From assembly GCA_001785985.1 (NCBI GenBank), contig MFVE01000005.1, forward strand, positions 178,533 through 231,770: a stretch of DNA of 53,238 bases, in the 5' to 3' direction. The stretch is from Candidatus Nomurabacteria bacterium RIFCSPLOWO2_01_FULL_42_17 (GTDB lineage Bacteria; Patescibacteriota; Minisyncoccia; Phycocordibacterales; UBA9973). Below the pieces are notes generated by a model, which worked only from the letters and a program-made list of their open reading frames with translations, made no database searches and was not told where the DNA came from. This document shows positions 47,056-53,238 of the stretch, piece after piece. Position 1 is the stretch's first letter; each line of letters starts with the position of its first letter. A program made the translations under genes and the position numbers.

Positions 47056-49263
47056 ATGCAAAAAAAAGAATATAGTGTGGAGATCGGTGGAAGAAATTTA
47101 ACGGCTATTTTTACAGATTTAGCAGAGCAGGCTCATGGTTCGGTGATGTTGAAATATGGTGAGACGATAGTCCTCGCGACTGTCTGCATGTCGCATGACA
47201 AACAAAAAGGTCTGGGCTATTTTAATTTGACGGTAGATTATGTCGAGAAATTTTACGCAGCTGGAAAAATATTGGGTTCTAGATTTGTGCGCAGAGAAGG
47301 CAAGCCATCCGAAGATGCGATACTCGCGAGCCGAGTGATTGACCGCACTCTTCGTCCGCTTTTTGAACAATCAATTCGCCACGCGGTGCAAGTGATCGTG
47401 ACGGTTATCTCGGTGGATGATAATGATCCGACGATTCTGGCAGTCAATGCGGCTTCGCTGGCTCTGGCTGTCTCTAATATTCCTTGGAACGGGCCTATCG
47501 GTTGCGTGCGAATAGGTAAGTACCCTGCCCGCAATGCTTCAGGCATAGCTGATGCAGGCGGGGATAGTGAAACTTTAGCAATAAATCCTTTCCAGAGTTT
47601 ACGACAAGATGATTCCAAATATAAATTTGATCTGACTGTTTGCGGTAAAAACGGCAACATAAATATGATTGAAGCTTCCGCTCACCAAACCGAAGAAAAG
47701 GAATTGGAAGATGCATTAGAGCAAGCCAGCGCAGAGATCACTAAATTAGAAAATTTTCAGAAAAAGATAGTGGCTGAAATCGGCAAAGAAAAAAGAGTTA
47801 TAGAAAAAGAAACAATCGACCCGAAGTCGGTCAAATTATTTAACGAGGACATCTTGCCAAAGATGTCCGAGGCTATTTTTTCGGGCGCCGGAAAAGCTAA
47901 AATAGATGCTTTGCATAATGTCTGGAATAAAATGGTTGCGGATATGTATGTCGAGCGAGAAGATTTTAGTTTAGAGGATAATTTATTTGATGATACAGAA
48001 AACGATATCCTGCATAAAAAAGCGATCGAAGAAAATAAAAGAGCGGACGGCAGAAAAATGGATGAGGTGCGAGATCTTTATGCGCAGGCCGGGGGTGTCT
48101 CGACGATCTTGCATGGGTCAGGAATTTTTTATCGTGGGGGCACGCACGTGCTGTCGGTGCTGACTTTGGGCGGACCGGAAGATAGGAATTTGGTGGATGG
48201 TTTGCAATTGAAAGTGGAAAAAAGATTTATGCATCATTACAACTTCCCGCCGTATTCTTCGGGCGAGACAGGGCGAGCGGGATTTACAAATCGTCGCGAA
48301 GTCGGACATGGAGCGCTCGCGGAAAAAGCGCTCTTGATGGTGTTGCCGCCTGTCACAGATTTTCCATACACGGTTAGATTGGTTTCTGAATCTCTCGCTT
48401 CGAACGGTTCTACTTCGCAGGCTTCGATCTGCGCTTCGACACTTGCGCTCATGGATGGCGGAGTGCCGATCATCGCGCCAGTCGCAGGCATTGCGATGGG
48501 GCTGATGCTAGAAAATCTAAAAACTAAAAAATTAAATCTAAAAAATAATGATACATCTCAGATTTTAGATATTAGATATAAGATTCTCACCGACATTCAG
48601 GGTCCAGAAGATCATCATGGCGATATGGATTTCAAAGTTGCCGGAACGAAAAATGGTGTGACTGCTATCCAACTCGATGTGAAAGTCGAGGGCGTACCGA
48701 TAAAAATTCTCGGTGAAGCGATGATCCAAGCAAAAAATGCCAGAATGATTATTTTAGATAGAATAGAAAAAGAAATTCCAGCTCCGCGCAAAGACATATC
48801 GCCGAACGCTCCGAAAATACTCATTATTAAAATCAAGCCAGATATGATCGGCCTGGTGATCGGCGGGGGAGGCAAAACCATCAAAGATATTAAAGAAAAA
48901 ACTGGCGCGGAAATAACTATTGAAGATGATGGCACTGTGTACTTTACAGGCAAAGGCGAGTCCGCAGAGATGGCCAAGAAAATAGTGGAAGAAATGACGC
49001 ACGAATTTGGTGTCGGTGAGGTATTAAAGGGGGAAGTTGTGAAAGTGGCTGACTTCGGGGCTTTTGTCAGACTCAACGAGTTTACCGATGGCATGGTACA
49101 TATCTCCGAGATTGCCCCATTTCGCGTAGAGCGAGTATCAGATATAATAAAGGAAGGCATGATCGTGCCGGTGAAAGTGATAAATATTGATAGAGAAAAA
49201 GGCAGGATCGGCCTCTCTATCAAAGAAGCGGATAAAGATTTTTTCAATGGAAAAAACAAATGA
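47056..49263 (+). CDS. pnp: polyribonucleotide nucleotidyltransferase (PNPase)
   Basis: 735 aa. Two RNase PH domains (GDMDFKVAGT), KH (GGGGKTIKDI) and S1 (GEVVKVADFGAFV). Confidence 0.96.
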   Translation: MQKKEYSVEIGGRNLTAIFTDLAEQAHGSVMLKYGETIVLATVCMSHDKQKGLGYFNLTVDYVEKFYAAGKILGSRFVRREGKPSEDAILASRVIDRTLRPLFEQSIRHAVQVIVTVISVDDNDPTILAVNAASLALAVSNIPWNGPIGCVRIGKYPARNASGIADAGGDSETLAINPFQSLRQDDSKYKFDLTVCGKNGNINMIEASAHQTEEKELEDALEQASAEITKLENFQKKIVAEIGKEKRVIEKETIDPKSVKLFNEDILPKMSEAIFSGAGKAKIDALHNVWNKMVADMYVEREDFSLEDNLFDDTENDILHKKAIEENKRADGRKMDEVRDLYAQAGGVSTILHGSGIFYRGGTHVLSVLTLGGPEDRNLVDGLQLKVEKRFMHHYNFPPYSSGETGRAGFTNRREVGHGALAEKALLMVLPPVTDFPYTVRLVSESLASNGSTSQASICASTLALMDGGVPIIAPVAGIAMGLMLENLKTKKLNLKNNDTSQILDIRYKILTDIQGPEDHHGDMDFKVAGTKNGVTAIQLDVKVEGVPIKILGEAMIQAKNARMIILDRIEKEIPAPRKDISPNAPKILIIKIKPDMIGLVIGGGGKTIKDIKEKTGAEITIEDDGTVYFTGKGESAEMAKKIVEEMTHEFGVGEVLKGEVVKVADFGAFVRLNEFTDGMVHISEIAPFRVERVSDIIKEGMIVPVKVINIDREKGRIGLSIKEADKDFFNGKNK

Positions 49264-50176
49264 AACCCAAAATAAAATCGTTCAGACTTATGCCGAGGAT
49301 ATGGCGAAGGTGATTGAAGATGACAAGAGCGGACTGATCAAAAAAATCATCCATGAAGAGGAAGAACATGAAATAGAGAAAAAGAATTTGTCTCCAGAGT
49401 CGAAAAAAAACAAATTTTTCATGGCTGTGGGTGTATCATTTATTCTGCTTGGCTTCCTCACTTTGTTTTATTTCATATTTGGTCAAGGCATCACGACTGT
49501 TCCCGTAGAGAAACAATTTTTACCTATTATTTTTACCGACAAAAGCGCCTTTGTTGAAATGAAAGGTCTGAAAAAGGAAAAAATAGCTCAAACTATTTTG
49601 AGTCAAGTTAAAAATACGAAAGTAAAGTCGGGAGGAGTAGAGGGAATTTATCTGACAGAAAATAAAGAAATATTGGGCCTCCACAGATTTCTCACAGTTA
49701 TAGAAAGCAATTTTGCCAATTTGACCAATTTAACTTCGAGCGCGAACCCTCTCTTTTTTAATGATAATTTTCTAATGGGTGTGGTCAACACGGAAACGGA
49801 TGAGACAGGAGCGGGCAAAGATTTTTTCATTTTGCTCAAAGTGCGTTCGATGCCGGATATTTTTGAACCCATGCGCGCTTGGGAAGATAAAATGTTTTTT
49901 GATTTGCATGGATTTTTTGGTGCAAATATCACGCCTGAAACGAAATATCTCTTGACTCAAGATTTTGAAGACGGCGTTGTTCAAAACAAAAATGCTCGTG
50001 TACTTTACCAAAAAAATCAAGGAGAAGATGAAGAGGGAGTAAGGGAAACAAAGGAAATAAGAGAAATAATGATTATGTATATTTTTGCGGATGATAATTC
50101 TGTTATTATCACTAATACCGAACATGCGGCAGGAGAGATAATGCTTCGTTTGACGGCCAGTCGAGTCAAAAAATAG
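49247..50176 (+). CDS. membrane-anchored protein, unknown function
   Basis: 309 aa from ATG 49247 (MEKTNETQNK..), with one TM (FFMAVGVSFILLGFLTLFYFIF). Overlaps the pnp end by 17 nt. Confidence 0.55.
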   Translation: MEKTNETQNKIVQTYAEDMAKVIEDDKSGLIKKIIHEEEEHEIEKKNLSPESKKNKFFMAVGVSFILLGFLTLFYFIFGQGITTVPVEKQFLPIIFTDKSAFVEMKGLKKEKIAQTILSQVKNTKVKSGGVEGIYLTENKEILGLHRFLTVIESNFANLTNLTSSANPLFFNDNFLMGVVNTETDETGAGKDFFILLKVRSMPDIFEPMRAWEDKMFFDLHGFFGANITPETKYLLTQDFEDGVVQNKNARVLYQKNQGEDEEGVRETKEIREIMIMYIFADDNSVIITNTEHAAGEIMLRLTASRVKK

Positions 50177-50179
50177 ATT

Positions 50180-50208
50180 TTGAATAAATAATGTAGACAT
50201 GTTATTAT
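50180..50208 (+). promoter_or_regulatory. promoter TTGAAT-17-TATTAT ending 6 nt before the ATG
   Basis: -35 at 50180-50185, -10 at 50203-50208, ATG at 50215. Confidence 0.5.
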
Positions 50209-50214
50209 AAATCC

Positions 50215-50571
50215 ATGTTAGACAAGAAAAAAATTAAAGAAAAACTAGAGGCAGAAAGAGACACTCTCTTTGGGGAATTGCGAGATATGGGTAAATTGAA
50301 TACTGATACAGGCGAGTGGGAAGCGACTCCAGAAGAATTGGATTTCCCAGAGTCTGATCAGAACGACATGGCAGACAGGTTTGAAAATTTCGAGGCTCGA
50401 AGTTCGATGATTAAAACTCTGGGGCCTAGATTAAATAATATTTTGAGAGCGATCAAGGGATTAAATAGAGAATCTTTTGGTAAGTGTGATGTTTGCAAAA
50501 AAGATATTGAAATGGCTCGCCTAGAGGCCAACCCTGCCGCTCGAACCTGCAAGAAACATTTAGAAAGTTAA
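50215..50571 (+). CDS. DksA/TraR-family C4 zinc-finger protein
   Basis: 118 aa. Coiled-coil N-terminus and CDVCKKDIEMARLEANPAARTCKKH. Confidence 0.8.
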   Translation: MLDKKKIKEKLEAERDTLFGELRDMGKLNTDTGEWEATPEELDFPESDQNDMADRFENFEARSSMIKTLGPRLNNILRAIKGLNRESFGKCDVCKKDIEMARLEANPAARTCKKHLES

Positions 50572-50577
50572 ATCATC

Positions 50578-52179
50578 ATGAGTTTCTCACGAGTATATTC
50601 TGCCCAGACGCACCTTTTAAAAGGCAAGATTGTTACTGTGGAAGTCGATATTACGAAAAAGACATTGCATGCTTTTACTCTTGTCGGGCTTCCTGATAAA
50701 GCGGTGGATGAATCAAAAGACCGCATGAGCTCGGCCTTGAAGAACTCTGGTTTCAAATCTCCCAAAAGTCAAAATCAAAAAATAGTCATTTCTCTGTCTC
50801 CCGCCGATTTGAAAAAAGAAGGTCCGTATTTTGATCTGGCGATCGCGCTGGCTTATCTGCTTTCCGCCGAGGAAATAGATTTTGATCCGAAAGGGAAAAT
50901 ATTTCTCGGAGAACTGTCGCTCAATGGAGAACTTCAACCCATCAAAGGAGTGTTGCCTCTGACAGAACTTGCGGTCCGGCTTGGCTATAAAGAAATATTT
51001 GTGCCAATAGCAAATGCCTCCGAGGCGGCGTTGGTAAAAGGGATCACGATCTACGGAGCCAAGAGTTTAAAGCAGGTGATTGATCATATTTCTAAAGTTC
51101 ACTATGACCGCAAGGGAAACCCAATTGAAAAAGAAACCCAAAAAATTTCACCGCAAAAACCGACAGCGATAGTTCATAAAAACGTAACTCATGACATAGA
51201 TTTTTCTGATATTAGAGGACAAGAGAGTGCCAAAAGGGGACTCGAGATTGCCGCGGCGGGCGGACACAATATTGCGCTGTCCGGACCTCCGGGAACAGGC
51301 AAGACGATGCTGGCGAGAGTTTTTTCACACATCTTGCCGGAACTTTCCAATGATGAGATTTTAGAAATTACGGGCATACACTCTATAGTAGGTCTTTTAG
51401 ACGATAGCCTAGTGACCGAGCCGCCGTTTCGCGCGCCACATCATACGGCGAGCTATGTATCGATGATCGGCGGGGGAACGAATCCTAAACCGGGAGAAGT
51501 GACTTTGGCGCATAAAGGCGTGCTTTTCTTGGACGAATTTCCGGAATTTGAAAAAAGGGTGCTAGAAGCTTTGCGTCAGCCACTCGAGGACAATATCGTT
51601 TCTATCTCTCGAGCACGAGGTTCGGCTATTTTTCCTTCTAATTTTATATTGGTCGCGGCGATGAATCCTTGTCCTTGCGGGAACAAGGGGAATAAAGATA
51701 AAGTTTGTATTTGTAAACCAAATGATTTAGACAGATACGCGCGTCGGATTTCCGGACCAATTATTGACCGCATAGATTTATGGGTGACTGTCGGAAATGT
51801 GGATTATAGAAAGTTAGGCGATGAAGTCATCAGAAGTGAGAAAACGCATACGATAAAGGCTCGAGTAAAGGCCGCGCGGCTGATTCAGGCCAAGAGGTTT
51901 GCAAAATTAGAGAAACCCGCCTCCGCTAAAGCTACGGGCGGGCGAAGAATAAAAACAAATAGTGAGATGAATGTGAAAGATTTAGGAAATATGGTAAAAC
52001 TTTCAAAAGAAGTGAGGGACCTGCTCGACGACAGCGCTGAACGCCTGGCCCTCTCGGCTCGCGCGTATCATCGAGTCATCAAGATCGCTCGTACCATCGC
52101 CGACCTCGAAAATTCCCAAAATGTCGAGGCGAATCATATTCTCGAGGCGATACAATATAGGCCGAAAGTGAATTCTTAG
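50578..52179 (+). CDS. comM: YifB/ComM-family Mg-chelatase-like AAA+ ATPase
   Basis: 533 aa. Lon-like N-terminal domain, Walker A GPPGTGKTM, Walker B LFLDEFPEF, CPCG zinc motif and SARAYHRVIKIARTIADL. Confidence 0.92.
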   Translation: MSFSRVYSAQTHLLKGKIVTVEVDITKKTLHAFTLVGLPDKAVDESKDRMSSALKNSGFKSPKSQNQKIVISLSPADLKKEGPYFDLAIALAYLLSAEEIDFDPKGKIFLGELSLNGELQPIKGVLPLTELAVRLGYKEIFVPIANASEAALVKGITIYGAKSLKQVIDHISKVHYDRKGNPIEKETQKISPQKPTAIVHKNVTHDIDFSDIRGQESAKRGLEIAAAGGHNIALSGPPGTGKTMLARVFSHILPELSNDEILEITGIHSIVGLLDDSLVTEPPFRAPHHTASYVSMIGGGTNPKPGEVTLAHKGVLFLDEFPEFEKRVLEALRQPLEDNIVSISRARGSAIFPSNFILVAAMNPCPCGNKGNKDKVCICKPNDLDRYARRISGPIIDRIDLWVTVGNVDYRKLGDEVIRSEKTHTIKARVKAARLIQAKRFAKLEKPASAKATGGRRIKTNSEMNVKDLGNMVKLSKEVRDLLDDSAERLALSARAYHRVIKIARTIADLENSQNVEANHILEAIQYRPKVNS

Positions 52180-52197
52180 TTATCCAAGTTATCCACA
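52180..52197 (+). promoter_or_regulatory. tandem DnaA-box pair (TTATCCAag + perfect TTATCCACA) abutting the lexA-operon promoter
   Basis: Boxes at 52180-52188 and 52189-52197. The -35 hexamer starts at 52207. Confidence 0.45.
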
Positions 52198-52206
52198 GGT
52201 ATCTCA

Positions 52207-52235
52207 TTGACAGTGAACGAGCGTTCACTTATACT
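52207..52235 (+). promoter_or_regulatory. promoter TTGACA-17-TATACT with a LexA (Cheo/SOS) box filling the spacer
   Basis: TTGACA (52207-52212), palindrome GTGAACGAGCGTTCAC (52213-52228, GAAC-N4-GTTC), TATACT (52230-52235). Confidence 0.75.
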
Positions 52236-52269
52236 TTATTTGTAGTCGATATTATAAATTTAACTACAA

Positions 52270-52524
52270 ATGCTTACGCTCCTATTGAGAGCTATAGCGA
52301 AAAAAATTATGTCACAAGCGCAATATTTAAAAATGTTAGAGAGGGAGATACAGAAGATTAATAAGAAAATTGACTTGAAGATTCTTCAGGGACAAGAATA
52401 TAGAAGGGAAGCGAGAGATCACAAATTACTCCTAAGAAAAGTTCGCTATAATACTAGAAAGAATTTGGCGCAAAAAATAATTCACTTATTTTTTCGCCGA
52501 CCTTTAAATATCCGTTATGCGTAA
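52270..52524 (+). CDS. small basic protein (84 aa), unknown function; first gene of the SOS-box operon
   Basis: Lys/Arg-rich, predicted helical, no TM. 8-nt overlap with lexA. Alternative start at Met14 (52309). Confidence 0.5.
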   Translation: MLTLLLRAIAKKIMSQAQYLKMLEREIQKINKKIDLKILQGQEYRREARDHKLLLRKVRYNTRKNLAQKIIHLFFRRPLNIRYA

Positions 52525-53083
52525 CGAGTACAAAACCAAAATCGAATCTTTTTATTCCCAAAATAAAAGGATGCCCACGTATTCAGAAATGATGAAGCTC
52601 TTTGGTTTCAAATCCAAGAATGCTGTGTTTAAAGTAGTCGGAAAGATGATTGAGGTTGGATTAGTAGCGAAAGATCATCTGGGTAGATTGATGCCGACTG
52701 CAATTTTTAATGAGATTCCGATGCTCGGCTTTGTCACTGCTGGTTTGCCGGCGACAGTAGAAGAAGAGCTCTTATATAGAGTCAACCTCGATGATTTTTT
52801 AATAGAAAAAAAGGCGACGACTTACATGCTTGAAGTAGACGGAGATTCGATGATCGATGCGCACATAGAGAAAGGGGATATGGTGCTTGTCGAGAGGGCC
52901 AACCAAGCCAAAGATGGCCAAATAGTCATCGCCGAAGTGGACGGCGAATTTACAATGAAATATTTTAGAAAGGATGGTGCTAAAGTCTGGCTTGAGCCGG
53001 CCAATAAAAATTACAAGCCGATTTATCCGGAACATTCTCTCAATATCAATGCAGTCTTAAAAGCAGTGATTAGGAAATACTAA
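52517..53083 (+). CDS. lexA: LexA repressor
   Basis: 188 aa. N-terminal winged helix, Ala-Gly cleavage site (VTAGLP), S24 peptidase Ser (DGDSM) and Lys (EFTMKYF). Confidence 0.92.
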   Translation: MRNEYKTKIESFYSQNKRMPTYSEMMKLFGFKSKNAVFKVVGKMIEVGLVAKDHLGRLMPTAIFNEIPMLGFVTAGLPATVEEELLYRVNLDDFLIEKKATTYMLEVDGDSMIDAHIEKGDMVLVERANQAKDGQIVIAEVDGEFTMKYFRKDGAKVWLEPANKNYKPIYPEHSLNINAVLKAVIRKY

Positions 53084-53143
53084 GGTCGAAAAGTTATTAA
53101 CATGTGTTACTAAACTCGCGCACTAAAGTAGTATAATAGTTCT

Positions 53144-53238
53144 ATGGTAGATAAGAATATAAAAAAGGAGGAAATTAAAGAAAGACCAGCTTATCTATGG
53201 GATGAGGATACTGTTGAATTGGCAAAGCGGGTGGGAGA
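53144..53238 (+). CDS. 5' end of an unidentified CDS (runs off the window)
   Basis: ATG 53144 lies 6 nt after TATAAT (53132-53137). Translation MVDKNIKKEEIKERPAYLWDEDTVELAKRVG... stays open to the window edge. Confidence 0.4.
   Translation, partial: MVDKNIKKEEIKERPAYLWDEDTVELAKRVG

Overview
Low-GC, gene-dense, origin-proximal chromosomal window using the standard code: TGA acts as a stop at ruvB (ATGA overlap with ruvC) and at cca. By inference it comes from a Patescibacteria/CPR (Parcubacteria-like) bacterium. Evidence for that: very short spacers, a CPR-style type IV secretion pilin and PrgI genes, a stand-alone four-helix-bundle gene, and many unassignable secreted proteins.

Gene content, left to right:
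- dapL(partial)-dapA-dapB, ruvB-ruvC, tyrS, a class A PBP.
- dnaN-dnaA | rpmH-rnpA-yidD-yidC-jag, the classical oriC neighbourhood with DnaA boxes and an AT-rich spacer.
- A ~13 kb, 11-gene minus-strand operon (13057-26028) encoding a minimal type IV secretion-like apparatus: T4SS-type pilin, VirB4 ATPase split in two, PrgI/VirB3-like protein, VirB6-like polytopic protein, and five secreted or membrane proteins of unknown function. No relaxase, coupling protein or VirB11 is present in the window.
- An rsmA-pcrA operon with two unknown proteins.
- A structured leader upstream of a LysM/M23 peptidase.
- A mixed tRNA/mRNA minus-strand unit: yraN, tRNA-Pro, doxX-like, tRNA-Gly, ZIP transporter.
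- tRNA-Arg, tRNA-Gly, cca, a second M23 peptidase, a 559-aa Cys-rich protein.
- HTH and TrmB regulators, a TMEM175-like channel, xth, a Xer-family recombinase, rpsO, an NYN protein, relB/yafQ, pnp, a dksA-like gene, comM, and an SOS-box-controlled small-ORF-lexA operon.

Main non-obvious signals:
1. The orphan T4SS-like operon itself.
2. Palindromic MITE/RPE-like elements inserted in frame into housekeeping genes (pcrA, cca, xer, rsmA, pnp, comM and a T4SS-operon gene).
3. AGCTTGTAGCT-type inverted repeats bracketing both the four-helix-bundle gene and a segment inside rsmA.
4. A recurrent geometry of -10 hexamer, 6-7 nt, then ATG, implying widespread leaderless mRNAs. Two mRNAs start directly at tRNA 3' ends.
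5. Perfect DnaA boxes dispersed in intergenic regions far from oriC.
6. A cluster of parS-like palindromes around yraN/cca.

All functional calls rest on motif recognition by eye. No database search was run.
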